Source: Nitrospinaceae bacterium (GTDB lineage: Bacteria; Nitrospinota; Nitrospinia; Nitrospinales; Nitrospinaceae). From it: a stretch of DNA of 64,000 nt. Shown piece by piece: positions 29,732-40,027 of this stretch (position 1 is the stretch's first letter; every line of letters starts with the position of its first letter). The DNA is taken from positions 640,001-704,000 of the forward strand of contig OZ245011.1 of NCBI GenBank assembly GCA_965223665.1, given 5' to 3'. The position numbers and the translations under genes were made by a program. Under the pieces are notes generated by a model, which made no database searches, was not told the DNA's origin, and saw nothing but the letters and a program-made list of their open reading frames with translations.

Positions 29732-30328
29732 ATGGAAAATATAGACGAAATATTGGCTGATTATATTCAACGTTTTATAGATTCCAATTCTGCTGCTTTA
29801 AATATGGCAAATCACCTAAAAGCCTGTGGGATAGGTTTAAATCCTTTAATAGATCATTGCACCATTAGAACCCATAATGTTGACCAGCGTGCAAAACAAT
29901 TTTTAGATCTGGGTTATAAATTTGATAATAAAATAGGGACTCTGGAATTTGAAAGCTGGTGGGCCAAAGTCTATCGTAAACCCGGTTATCCCGCTCTATT
30001 TATTGATCAGGCTTTTGAAGGAAAAAGAGGAGAACCAAGTCTAATTCCTAATTGGGTTAATCACCATGGAGATCAATGTTTTCATCATATTGCCCTTTTA
30101 GTTGAGGATATTGAACAATGTATTCAATCTATCCAAAAAAGAGGGTTTGATGTTGCTGGAGAAATTATTGGGAACAAAGACTCGGACTTAAGGCAAGTAT
30201 TTACGAAACCAGAAATCAAAAATGGAGAAGTTTATACCGTCCTCGAATTAATAGAAAGACATAATGGCTATGAGGGTTTTCTTCCTCCTCAAGCAGATAG
30301 TTTAATGGAATCCTCACGTTTATCCTGA
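29732..30328 (+). CDS. VOC-fold metalloprotein, DUF1338/HPPD-like
   Basis: DHCTIRT, HHIAL, LRQVFT, ELIER, GFLPPQADSLMES. Confidence 0.65.
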   Translation: MENIDEILADYIQRFIDSNSAALNMANHLKACGIGLNPLIDHCTIRTHNVDQRAKQFLDLGYKFDNKIGTLEFESWWAKVYRKPGYPALFIDQAFEGKRGEPSLIPNWVNHHGDQCFHHIALLVEDIEQCIQSIQKRGFDVAGEIIGNKDSDLRQVFTKPEIKNGEVYTVLELIERHNGYEGFLPPQADSLMESSRLS

Positions 30329-30337
30329 TGTGGCTTC

Positions 30338-31756
30338 ATGATACGAAAAACAGACCCTGAATCAATTGCTCCTTATTTACGCGACGCTTCTAATTATTCG
30401 GAAGGAAATGCCAGTGAAGTAGTAATTCCAGAAAATCAGAAGGAACTTGTATCTTTCTTAAAACAAAACAAAAGACCCATCACTATTTCTGGAGCAGGAA
30501 CCGGGCTTACAGCCTCTAGAATCCCTTTATCTGGGATTGTCATTTCCCTGGAGAAATTTAAAAAACTTGAAACGGTTAATAATGGAAGTCTTAATGTGGG
30601 GGTGGCGGTTACTCTCAAAGAACTTATTGATCATTTAAAAGGATCAAATTGGTTTTATCCTCCCAATCCAACAGAATGGTTGGCTTCTATTGGTGGAACA
30701 TTAGCCACGAATGCTTCTGGAAGCAGAAGTTATAAATATGGTTCCACTAGAGACTATGTATTGGAATTAGAAGTGGTCTTTAGTGATGGGAGGACCACAA
30801 GGATATCCAGAGGGGAAAAAACAAATCAACCTTTGCATTTAAGTGATGGCACTGAGATTAAGTTTCCATTCATAAATTATGAAAGTCCTATTTGTAAAAA
30901 TGCTGCTGGATATTTTATTCGAAAAGAAATGGATTGGATTGATTTATTTTTAGGTTCTGATGGAACTCTGGGGATATTTACCGAAGTTAAACTTAAACTT
31001 TTACCTTCACCAAATAAGTTTCTTAGTGCAATTTTATTTTTTAAAAGCGAAGAAGATTGTTGGGATTTGGTAGAAAAGGTTAAAAATAATAATGATGAAA
31101 ATATTAGCCCTTGTTCATTAGAATATTTTGATCAGTTTTCACTAAATCGATTAAAAGATAAATTTAGTGGTATCCCGACTTTTGGAAAAGCCGCATTGTT
31201 TTTTGAGCAAGATGTCCAACATGAAGATGAATTTAACCAATGCCTAGAGATTTGGTATGAATTTTTAGATGCTGAGAAGGTGCCTCTGGAAGATTCGTGG
31301 TTCGCTGAAACGTCTAAAGATTTGGAAAAATTTCATGAATTCAGGCACCAAGTCCCCTTAATGATAAATGAAGAAAACAGTCGTTTAGGTAGAATAAAAA
31401 TTGGGACCGATATGGCCTTGGGGGATAAATATTTTAAAAAAATGATGGCTTTCTATGATGAAATCTTAAAGAAAAGTAACCTCGATTATATAATATTTGG
31501 GCATATTGGTGACAATCACCTTCATATAAACCTGCTTCCCAATAAAGATCAAATGAATATTGCACAAAAAACTTATGATGGCATGGTTGATCAAATATTA
31601 AATTGGGGGGGTACGGTTTCTGCCGAGCACGGAATAGGAAAATTAAAAAAAAGGTATTATCATAAAATGATTGGTACGGAAACCTTAAATGAACTTAAAT
31701 CTATAAAAAGAATATTTGATGGAGAAAATAAGCTAGGGTTAGGTAACCTTTTGTAA
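30338..31756 (+). CDS. FAD-linked 2-hydroxyacid oxidoreductase (GlcD/D-lactate/D-2-HG dehydrogenase family)
   Basis: GAGTG, IGGTLATNASG, GSDGTLGI, GHIGDNHLH, SAEHGIG. Confidence 0.88.
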   Translation: MIRKTDPESIAPYLRDASNYSEGNASEVVIPENQKELVSFLKQNKRPITISGAGTGLTASRIPLSGIVISLEKFKKLETVNNGSLNVGVAVTLKELIDHLKGSNWFYPPNPTEWLASIGGTLATNASGSRSYKYGSTRDYVLELEVVFSDGRTTRISRGEKTNQPLHLSDGTEIKFPFINYESPICKNAAGYFIRKEMDWIDLFLGSDGTLGIFTEVKLKLLPSPNKFLSAILFFKSEEDCWDLVEKVKNNNDENISPCSLEYFDQFSLNRLKDKFSGIPTFGKAALFFEQDVQHEDEFNQCLEIWYEFLDAEKVPLEDSWFAETSKDLEKFHEFRHQVPLMINEENSRLGRIKIGTDMALGDKYFKKMMAFYDEILKKSNLDYIIFGHIGDNHLHINLLPNKDQMNIAQKTYDGMVDQILNWGGTVSAEHGIGKLKKRYYHKMIGTETLNELKSIKRIFDGENKLGLGNLL

Positions 31757-31802
31757 AATAAGAATGCAACTTGTCTCCCAAAATTCATATGGGTTTGTAA
31801 AG

Positions 31803-31831
31803 TTGACGTGTTTAATTACAAAGGGTAAAAT
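31803..31831 (+). promoter_or_regulatory. Putative sigma70 promoter
   Basis: TTGACG-17 nt-TAAAAT upstream of the HNH gene. Confidence 0.6.
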
Positions 31832-31887
31832 TTCGGTTTAGATTTTTGCCATTTTTTTCAAATGGATACAGCAGTTGATGAGGCGTT

Positions 31888-32415
31888 ATGCTGGATTCTT
31901 TAAAAATTTTAATTTTAAACCAGTCTTATGAACCTTTACAGTTTTGCAGCGCAAAACGTGGAATTGTAATGGTATTAAATGGTCGTGCTGAACAAATTGA
32001 GGTGGATGGTTATTGCGTGAAATCACCTAATGCTTCATTTCAGTTACCGGTTGTTATTCGTGTGCTAAAAATGGTGAAAAGAAATAAAAAAAAGCAAATG
32101 TCTTTTAGTAAAAAAAATATTTTGCGTCGAGATAACTTCACTTGTCAATATTGTGAAGATAAGGATAATCCTCTAACAGTAGATCATATTATTCCAAAAT
32201 CCAGAGGAGGAAAAACTTCTTGGACCAACGTAGTGGTTGCCTGCAAACCCTGTAATTTGAAAAAGGGAAATCGAAACTTAATTGAAGCTCAAATGAAATT
32301 GAGAAAACCTCCAGTTCGACCCAATTTTCATTTTCAACCAATCGCCGTTCCGGAGGGACCTCCCTCTCACATTAAAAGCTGGAAAAAATATATGCCGTCT
32401 TCCTGGATTAGATAA
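31888..32415 (+). CDS. HNH endonuclease family protein (McrA-like)
   Basis: LNQSYEPL, RDNFTCQYC, TVDHIIPKSRGG, NVVVACKPCN. Confidence 0.92.
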   Translation: MLDSLKILILNQSYEPLQFCSAKRGIVMVLNGRAEQIEVDGYCVKSPNASFQLPVVIRVLKMVKRNKKKQMSFSKKNILRRDNFTCQYCEDKDNPLTVDHIIPKSRGGKTSWTNVVVACKPCNLKKGNRNLIEAQMKLRKPPVRPNFHFQPIAVPEGPPSHIKSWKKYMPSSWIR

Positions 32416-32439
32416 ATCTTAATTAATTTTTCTTGCGAG

Positions 32440-33768
32440 TTGAAATTGGAAACTCCCTCACTTACCGAAATTATTACTGAAAAAGAATTTTTGCCCTTAC
32501 TTCAAGAGGTTTGTTGCGATTTTTTTAAAACCTTTAATGCTTTCGCTCTTTATTCAGACACAGAAATTCTTGCAACCCGTAAGTGTTATTCAAATTTGAT
32601 AAGACAGGCTGAACTTTTAGAAAGTTTTTTGGATGAATATGGTGCACGTAGAAATATTACCTGGCTTCCCTTTACCGAGGTTGTTGCATCTATTCGAAAT
32701 TTAGTAATTGCTGCCTTTTTTGTTAAACATTTGATAGACCGCTACCCCTCTTATCGCTTAAATGATACTCCAGAATTAAAAAGTAAATTTTTTGAAGACT
32801 CCGGAATCACTTTGGATTTTTTAAATAAGTCTATTAAACAATTATTCGACCAATGCATCATCTTTGCGAAAGATAATGGTTTACAAGTTTTGGATTCTGC
32901 AATAGATCCCGGGGAGTTTGATGAGGTAGAAATATTTAAGCAACTACCGAATAATGCTGAGCGTGAGAATATTAGTGAAGACGATGAGCGAATAATTGAG
33001 TTGTTTGAAAAATTAAGTACAGTCGCGCGCACAATGGAAGAAATTGGAATTGAATCCACTGAGGATCCAGATAAACTTAAGTCGATAGTCCCAAAAATTT
33101 TGGGTGAAAAAAAGGCAAGAGACTTAATGAGTTCAGTTCACAACGTGCAATCAGAGTTTGATACCTACATTAAAAACACTTTTATTGAACAAAAACACAA
33201 AGATTTGAAAAACTTTCGTGGATATATTTCCATGCCTCTACATTTGCTGGAAGTGACTAATTGGCTCTGCCATTTTTATGAAAGGCATGAAGATGAAATT
33301 CGTCAGGCTGAGGCAAAACGAGTAATTGCTAAATTAGTTAACAAAAGTGAATTATTAGGAAAAATAGTAAATTATTGTTATTTCTATTGTTTACACTATA
33401 TACGTGAAGCGGATACATTGAGTAAAGAAATTGTTAAAAGCTTTGTAAAAACTATCCAATGTGAAGTGCCCATCCCTAAACCTCTGGGATTTCACGCTCG
33501 ACCTTCCACTTATATATCTTTAATAGTTAGAAAATATGATGCAGACGCCTTTTTAATTGTAGATGGAGAAAAATTTTCCGCACGTTCCGTAATGAGTTTG
33601 TTGCAGGCTGGTGGGACTATTGCTGATAAGGGTTACCAGACTGTTATTTTTTCCGGAGATAAGAGGGTAGTCAAAGATATAGAAATACTAGCTCAACACA
33701 ATTATTGCGAAGATCAAAATATTCCTAATGAGCTTAACTATCTAAAAAGTATGAGAGAAACTGCTTGA
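32440..33768 (+). CDS. Large helical protein with C-terminal HPr domain
   Basis: LGFHARPS (His15 site) and ARSVMSLL (Ser46 site) in the last ~105 aa. Confidence 0.8.
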   Translation: MKLETPSLTEIITEKEFLPLLQEVCCDFFKTFNAFALYSDTEILATRKCYSNLIRQAELLESFLDEYGARRNITWLPFTEVVASIRNLVIAAFFVKHLIDRYPSYRLNDTPELKSKFFEDSGITLDFLNKSIKQLFDQCIIFAKDNGLQVLDSAIDPGEFDEVEIFKQLPNNAERENISEDDERIIELFEKLSTVARTMEEIGIESTEDPDKLKSIVPKILGEKKARDLMSSVHNVQSEFDTYIKNTFIEQKHKDLKNFRGYISMPLHLLEVTNWLCHFYERHEDEIRQAEAKRVIAKLVNKSELLGKIVNYCYFYCLHYIREADTLSKEIVKSFVKTIQCEVPIPKPLGFHARPSTYISLIVRKYDADAFLIVDGEKFSARSVMSLLQAGGTIADKGYQTVIFSGDKRVVKDIEILAQHNYCEDQNIPNELNYLKSMRETA

Positions 33769-33803
33769 GAATATTTTTAAAGAAATTTAAATATTAAAAG
33801 GAT

Positions 33804-34307
33804 ATGAATGAAGAATTAGAAATTTTTGATGTAGTTGATGAAAATGACAGTGTGTTGTTTCAAGCCACTAGAAAAAAAGTCCATGATAATGGTTGGCTTC
33901 ATCGATCAGTTCATATACTAGTTTTTAATTTAGAAGGAAAGCTCTTTCTCCAAAAAAGAAGTCAAAATAAAGATGAAAATCCTGGTTATTGGGATACTTC
34001 TGCGGCGGGGCATGTGAATGCAGGGGAAAGCTATTTAGACTGTGCCAAAAGGGAATTGCAGGAAGAGTTAGGAATTGAAGAAGAATTAGAATTTTTTATT
34101 GGGATATCGGCAAGACCAGAAACATTCGGTGAGCATGTTAAGACATATTTATGTAAAACCGAAAAAAAAATAAAAATAAATCCTTTAGAAATTGATGAGG
34201 GTAAATATTGGAAATTAAGTGATATTTCACAGGCATTGAAAAATTCTCAATTTTTGTTTACCTCCACATTTCGGTTGATTTTTGAACACTACACAAAAAA
34301 TAAGTAA
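33804..34307 (+). CDS. NUDIX hydrolase (IDI type-1/YfcD-like)
   Basis: HRSVH, LQKRS, GHVNAGESYLDCAKRELQEELG. Confidence 0.9.
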   Translation: MNEELEIFDVVDENDSVLFQATRKKVHDNGWLHRSVHILVFNLEGKLFLQKRSQNKDENPGYWDTSAAGHVNAGESYLDCAKRELQEELGIEEELEFFIGISARPETFGEHVKTYLCKTEKKIKINPLEIDEGKYWKLSDISQALKNSQFLFTSTFRLIFEHYTKNK

Positions 34308-34353
34308 TCGTTATTTCCATCCTCAGTTTTTTTCTAACGAACATTAGACCGAT

Positions 34354-36765
34354 ATGGCATTTTTAAAACATTCCATTTTTATTGTCATTTTAATTACTAC
34401 TTCAATAGATTGTGTATTAGCAAATCCTTGGGACACTTATAACACTGATACGGCATTTCCCATTAATTTTCTATTTAGAAATGAAATTCCAAACTTAGAA
34501 AATAATAATGACAATTACAATAAAATCGCCGGAATATTTGAAAAATCAAAAATTCAAACAGAATCCGATGAACAGTACCGTTTAATTCAGCTTGGAAAAG
34601 GATATATTCTTTTAAAGAAAAATAAATATGATGAGGCTTTAAAAGTTTTAAAGAATAATATCAAAGGTCAATTTATATTAGAAGATTACCGGCTTTATTA
34701 TATGGCTGAAGTTCTATATAAACAGGCAGTTTTAAAGACCAAAAAGAATCAGGATTCCCAGGCAATTTCTCTCATGGAGGAGAGATTAGAGATTTTATTT
34801 AAAATTTTTAATCAGTTTCCCGAAAGTCCATTTAATGTCGAAATTATTTCAAAAATTATTGAGCAAGAGATCCTATTGGGAGAATTAAATTTAAAAATTG
34901 AGAAATATGATAAAGCTTGGACTCTTTTTAGAATGGCAATGCTTCGCTCCTATGAGAATGATCCCAAATACCTTCAGGAAATAACCCATTATTTGTTGAA
35001 GAATTTTGAAGCTGCTGAAGATTATGAAAGTGTAATAGAAATCTATCATTTTTTATTAAATAAATATCCCACAAAAAATTTTATCCAGGAAGCCAAAGCA
35101 TATTTGGAAAAAAAAGAGAAAACTTTGGAAAAAAAGGGTGTCGAATTTAAAAAAATTCAAAACCTGATTTATTCTTATGAAAAAAAAGGAATGACTCCTG
35201 CAAAAAAAACAGTTTTATTGAGGGAGATAAAAAATAAATTTGAAAGTGAAGAAGTTCAAAAATTTTACCAATTTATAGAAAAAAATAATTTTAGCAAAGC
35301 ATTAATTATAGGTTATGAAATATTAAACAAATACCCAGGGTTACTGGAAACACAAGGTATTATTGAAGAATTAAATAAAGTAATGCGTGTTTACATAAAA
35401 TCAAGAGGGTGGAATTCTTCAATTAATAAGATACTGAATGTTTACACATTAAAGCAGTTATATGATCTCGCGTTTTATTTTTGGAATCGTTCAATGAGTA
35501 GCTATGCGGCCAAATCCTTTAAACGGATTCTCAAACGTTTTCCTCAAGAGGTTCAATATTGTCATAAATCCCTGTATTTTCTTGGTCGAATTTATGAAGA
35601 TAAAAAAGAATATACAGAAGCAATAAAATTTTATTCACAAGTAATTGATTATTACAACCATGGACCATATGCGGCAATTTCTTTTTTTAAAGTTCCTTGG
35701 GTGCAACGTCTAAATGGTGATTTGAATGCTGCAAAATTAAATTTCCAAAAAATCATAAACCTGTTTGAAAGTTCTAATGAAGTCATTAATGATTCTCTTA
35801 TTTCTTTGGAATTTGTTGCAGGTGCTCGGTATTGGTTAGCTCAAACAGAAAAAGAGTTGGGTAATAATGAGGAAGCAAATCGTCATTTAAAAAATTTAAT
35901 AGATAATCATCCTTTGTATTTTTATTCAATGCTAGCTAGGATAAATTTTTCAAAGGGACCTACGGATCTCATTAATAAAAACTTTTCATTTAAAAAGCAT
36001 TATCGAAATCCAAACTTAAGCCCAATAGATAAAATTTTTTTAAGACGAGCTGAAGAATTGATTTCGATCGGTTTCCTATCAGGAGCAAGATATGAACTAG
36101 AAAAAATCGGTTCAGGATTAAGTGATTTTGAATTTGCATTCTATCTTTCCAACCTTCAGCACCAAGCTAATGCATATCAAGAATCTATTCAGCTAACTTT
36201 GGAGATAAATAGAAAAAATGAAATTAAAAATTATCCCGTATCAATTATTGAATTGATATTTCCTGACGCTTATATAAAGGAAGTTAAAAAGGTCAGCAAA
36301 AAATATAATATCGATCCCTTTTTAATTCTTTCTTTAATTCGACAAGAAAGTGCCTTTAACAAAGATATAGTTTCAAATGCCAATGCCATAGGCCTTATGC
36401 AGCTTATTCCGAGTACTGGAAAGCGAATGGCTCGTTCAATTAAATTAAAGCAATTTTCTAAAAGAAGTCTTTTTGATCCACAAATAAATATTTCTTTGGG
36501 GCTCAAATATATTGATACTTTAATAAAAAAGTTTAAGGGAAACTCTATTGCAGCCTTGGCAGCATATAATGCGGGGCCCAATAAAGTTAAAACCTGGCTT
36601 AGAATACGCAATAATCTTAAACCACTTGAGTTTCTAGAAAGTATTCCATTTACGGAAACAAGAAATTATGTAAAAAACGTATTAAGAAATTATGTATTAT
36701 ATAAGTTTTTGTATGGGGAAAAACCCATACAAAAGATAGATAACCTCATTTTTATTGCAAATTAA
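34354..36765 (+). CDS. Soluble lytic transglycosylase with TPR region (Slt-like)
   Basis: IRQESAF, AIGLMQL, AAYNAG, IPFTETRNYV. Confidence 0.92.
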   Translation: MAFLKHSIFIVILITTSIDCVLANPWDTYNTDTAFPINFLFRNEIPNLENNNDNYNKIAGIFEKSKIQTESDEQYRLIQLGKGYILLKKNKYDEALKVLKNNIKGQFILEDYRLYYMAEVLYKQAVLKTKKNQDSQAISLMEERLEILFKIFNQFPESPFNVEIISKIIEQEILLGELNLKIEKYDKAWTLFRMAMLRSYENDPKYLQEITHYLLKNFEAAEDYESVIEIYHFLLNKYPTKNFIQEAKAYLEKKEKTLEKKGVEFKKIQNLIYSYEKKGMTPAKKTVLLREIKNKFESEEVQKFYQFIEKNNFSKALIIGYEILNKYPGLLETQGIIEELNKVMRVYIKSRGWNSSINKILNVYTLKQLYDLAFYFWNRSMSSYAAKSFKRILKRFPQEVQYCHKSLYFLGRIYEDKKEYTEAIKFYSQVIDYYNHGPYAAISFFKVPWVQRLNGDLNAAKLNFQKIINLFESSNEVINDSLISLEFVAGARYWLAQTEKELGNNEEANRHLKNLIDNHPLYFYSMLARINFSKGPTDLINKNFSFKKHYRNPNLSPIDKIFLRRAEELISIGFLSGARYELEKIGSGLSDFEFAFYLSNLQHQANAYQESIQLTLEINRKNEIKNYPVSIIELIFPDAYIKEVKKVSKKYNIDPFLILSLIRQESAFNKDIVSNANAIGLMQLIPSTGKRMARSIKLKQFSKRSLFDPQINISLGLKYIDTLIKKFKGNSIAALAAYNAGPNKVKTWLRIRNNLKPLEFLESIPFTETRNYVKNVLRNYVLYKFLYGEKPIQKIDNLIFIAN

Positions 36766-36792
36766 GCTAATTTCGAATTTTAAGGAATTAAG

Positions 36793-37476
36793 TTGACTCC
36801 CTTTGATATTGCAGTTTTGATAATTATTACTGTTTGCCTGATCCAATCCTTTATAAAAGGGATGGTAAGAGAAATGGTTTCTCTGTTGGCTTTAGTCTTG
36901 GCATATTTTATTGCTGTTTATTTTTCAGCTGATCTAGCAGCTGTGATGAGTGAATTTATTTCAGATAACACTGTTGGTAAAATGGTTGCGTTTGTAGTTT
37001 TGTTTATTGGTGTGGTGTTTGTAGTTTCCTTATTGGGACGTTTACTTCGATCAATGTTAACCTCATCAAATTCTATTTCAGGATGGGATCGAATCTTTGG
37101 GGGTGTATTTGGTATTGTAAAGGGCATACTAATAATTGTCATATTAATGTTTCCGCTGCAATTATTTGAAGACTTTTATAATGATATAACTCAAAAATCA
37201 AAGTTTGCCCCAACTTTTGAGAAAATGGTAAATATTGTTAGCTCTCAAGTAGGAATTCATGATGATTTCCTTAAGGAAATACCTCATAAAATGCAAGGGA
37301 TTCAAGATAGAATTAAGGATCTAAATAAAATAGAAGAAATAAAGAAAAAGGTTGAAGAAAAAACTAAAGCCTTCAAGAAAATAATTCCCAAAAAAAACCA
37401 GACTGATTTAGAACAACTATCAGAAAAAGATAAAAAAGATTTAAACGAATTAATAAATAGTGAAAAAATAAATTAA
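36793..37476 (+). CDS. CvpA family membrane protein
   Basis: FDIAV, KGMVRE, DRIFGGVFGIVKG. Confidence 0.85.
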   Translation: MTPFDIAVLIIITVCLIQSFIKGMVREMVSLLALVLAYFIAVYFSADLAAVMSEFISDNTVGKMVAFVVLFIGVVFVVSLLGRLLRSMLTSSNSISGWDRIFGGVFGIVKGILIIVILMFPLQLFEDFYNDITQKSKFAPTFEKMVNIVSSQVGIHDDFLKEIPHKMQGIQDRIKDLNKIEEIKKKVEEKTKAFKKIIPKKNQTDLEQLSEKDKKDLNELINSEKIN

Positions 37477-37485
37477 TTATTCTTC

Positions 37486-38349
37486 ATGCCTATAAAAATA
37501 AATTTAAATGGTGAAATTCAAGATCAAGCCTCTATTTCGGTTTTAGACCACGGATTTCTTTTTGGTGATAGTGTTTATGAGGTAATCTCGACTCATAAAG
37601 GAAAACCATGTTTTGTTGATGAACATTTAAATCGTTTGCAGAGATCAGCTGCATCTATTTTTTTAAACCTACCGTTCGATCAAACAAAAATTAAAGAAGA
37701 AATAAATAAAACTATTTCTGAAGCTGGAAATTCTGAATCTTATATACGTATTATTGTTACCCGCGGAGAAGGAGAAATCGATATAGATCCCAGTTCCTGT
37801 TTGCAACCTAATGTCGTTATATATGTAAAAGAAGCCTTTATATATCCAAAAGAAAATTATACGAATGGAATTAATATTTCCCTTGTTTCGGTAAAAAGAA
37901 ATCCCAAAGAAGCCCTGAATCCGGGAATAAAGACGGGAAACTATTTAAATAATGTTTTAGCCAAGATCGAAGCTAAGAAATCGGGTGCCGCAGATGCTTT
38001 AATGTTAAACCCGCAAGGATATTTAACTGAGTGTACTACTAGTAATTTCTTTTTTGTTATTGAAAATCGGCTTATGACTCCTTCATTAGAATGCGGTATT
38101 TTGGCGGGTATCACACGGGATTCCCTAATTCGCCTTTCCAGGGAAAATGGGATTTTATTAGAGGAGGGTCAATGGCCTCCTGAAATATTAGATAAAGCAG
38201 AAGAGGCATTTATTTCAGGAACTACAAAAAAGGTAATGCCCGTTGCTTTTTTGGATGGGAAACCTATTGGAAACGGAAAACCAGGACCCATCACTAAAAA
38301 AATGATTCGAATCTATGAAACTTTTCTAGACCAAATTATTTCTCTATAA
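37486..38349 (+). CDS. Class IV PLP aminotransferase (IlvE/Dat/PabC family)
   Basis: DHGFLFGDSVYE, KTGNYL, ECTTSNFF, ILAGITR. Confidence 0.92.
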   Translation: MPIKINLNGEIQDQASISVLDHGFLFGDSVYEVISTHKGKPCFVDEHLNRLQRSAASIFLNLPFDQTKIKEEINKTISEAGNSESYIRIIVTRGEGEIDIDPSSCLQPNVVIYVKEAFIYPKENYTNGINISLVSVKRNPKEALNPGIKTGNYLNNVLAKIEAKKSGAADALMLNPQGYLTECTTSNFFFVIENRLMTPSLECGILAGITRDSLIRLSRENGILLEEGQWPPEILDKAEEAFISGTTKKVMPVAFLDGKPIGNGKPGPITKKMIRIYETFLDQIISL

Positions 38350-38354
38350 AGTTT

Positions 38355-38963
38355 ATGGCTCTCTTAGTTGGTTTAACTGGAGGAATGGGAACGGGTAAAA
38401 CAACCGTAGCAAAATTTTTAAATGAATTGGGCGCCTTTATCATTGATGCGGATCAAATTTGTCGCCAATTAATGGAACCCAATCAATTGGCATGGAAAGA
38501 AATTATTCGAGAATTTGGAACAGAAATCTTAGATAATGAAAATCAAATCATTAGAAGCAAATTAGCTGAAATTGTATTTAATGACCCAGTCAAGAAAGAG
38601 ATTTTGGAAAATATTCTGCACCCCAAGGTATTTGACGCCGAAAAACAAAGATTTTTAGAAATTCAACAAAGATATCCTCGGTCTATTGTTATTTTAGATT
38701 CTCCCTTGTTAATTGAATCTGGAAATTACCGTAAAGTAGATAAAGTAGTAGTGGTAGTTTGCAATGAAATATTGCAATTAAAACGAATTTTAGATTCCAA
38801 TCGATTTACAAAAATAGATATAGAACGAAGAATCCAAAATCAAATGAGCTCTCGAGAGAAAATTAAATTTGCTGACTATGTGATTCACAACGATACTGAT
38901 AAATTGGAATTAAAAATAAAAGTGAGAAATCTTTACGAAAATTTAAGAAACTTATTGAAGTAG
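38355..38963 (+). CDS. coaE: Dephospho-CoA kinase
   Basis: GLTGGMGTGKT, IDAD, LHPKV, PLLIE. Confidence 0.93.
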   Translation: MALLVGLTGGMGTGKTTVAKFLNELGAFIIDADQICRQLMEPNQLAWKEIIREFGTEILDNENQIIRSKLAEIVFNDPVKKEILENILHPKVFDAEKQRFLEIQQRYPRSIVILDSPLLIESGNYRKVDKVVVVVCNEILQLKRILDSNRFTKIDIERRIQNQMSSREKIKFADYVIHNDTDKLELKIKVRNLYENLRNLLK

Positions 38964-38970
38964 TTATCGC

Positions 38971-39615
38971 ATGGCTGAAGAAGAAGCAACTCAAACAATT
39001 GATACCGATGAAGCTGAAGAACTTGAAAAGCTTCTTGAAACAGAAGAACCTGAAAAAGAAGCTGAAGATGTTTCGCCCAATAAAAACATATTTCAAAAAC
39101 TCAAGTCTAATAAAAAATTAGCAATAATTTTTATTGGAGTTTTTATAATGGTCGTTGGGCTTGGAATTGGCGGATATTATATGTTCTTCATTGAAGAGGA
39201 AGTTACTTTGGAAGAGGTGACGGCGGAGGTTAACTCAGATAATGAACCCGAGGAGATTAAATCTGAAACTGAGAAAGGATTGATTGAGGTTCCTAATGTT
39301 TATCATTTAAAGCCATTTTTTTTGCCTATTAAAGAAAAAGAACAAGAAACCGGTCGCTTTATGCATGTCACTGTTAATTTATTGTTGAGCAATAAGAAGT
39401 TGGATAAAGATATTGAGAAAATCCTTCCTTTAATTAGGCAAAATATTTATTCCATATTAAAGCGAAAACGACGAAATAATTTGAAAAACCAACCTTCAAA
39501 ATTAAAAGAAATTGTGAAGCGAGAAATTATTACCGCTTCAAATTCTCTATTATTAAGTGGAGCCGGTACTATCTCAGACGTGTATTTCTCCGAATTCATT
39601 ATTAGTGAATCCTAA
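38971..39615 (+). CDS. fliL: Flagellar basal body-associated FliL-like protein
   Basis: Single TM; LKPFFL, PLIRQ, ISDVYFSEFII terminus. Confidence 0.75.
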   Translation: MAEEEATQTIDTDEAEELEKLLETEEPEKEAEDVSPNKNIFQKLKSNKKLAIIFIGVFIMVVGLGIGGYYMFFIEEEVTLEEVTAEVNSDNEPEEIKSETEKGLIEVPNVYHLKPFFLPIKEKEQETGRFMHVTVNLLLSNKKLDKDIEKILPLIRQNIYSILKRKRRNNLKNQPSKLKEIVKREIITASNSLLLSGAGTISDVYFSEFIISES

Positions 39616-39697
39616 ATATATTTTCAATTAGTTTCTTGACAAATCGGGCGATAACTTTATATTAAATTATAAGTGAATTTTGCTAAGAATTGCTATT

Positions 39698-40027
39698 ATG
39701 CCCGTAATTGAACCTGGAAATACCCAACAAATCTTTCAAATGAGTTCTGCTGTCGAAAAGATGCAAACTCAGCAAGTTCAACATCTTCCAAGTGAGCCTA
39801 TTCAAACCGAAATTTTTAATAAACTCAAAAAAGAAAAAGCCAAACAAGTAAAAAAACTTGAAAATTCAGAAGAAACACAAGCCACAGATCCAAAGGGTCA
39901 TAATTCTATAGAGATACCCCCCCTTAAGAAACCCTCGAAAAATTCCGAAGAAAATCTTAGTGAACAAAATGTGCCATCTGGTTTTCCCGAAAGTCCGCAA
40001 GGAGAAAACCTGAATATTGTGGCTTAA
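39698..40027 (+). CDS. Small hypothetical protein in flagellar accessory cluster
   Basis: ATG 39698 in ORF 39680..40027; C-terminal GENLNIVA. Confidence 0.6.
   Translation: MPVIEPGNTQQIFQMSSAVEKMQTQQVQHLPSEPIQTEIFNKLKKEKAKQVKKLENSEETQATDPKGHNSIEIPPLKKPSKNSEENLSEQNVPSGFPESPQGENLNIVA

Noticed and set aside
31888-32415. HNH gene as a mobile element or defence system
   Set aside because: No flanking repeats, intron features, methyltransferase or evident compositional shift; looks like the widespread stand-alone family
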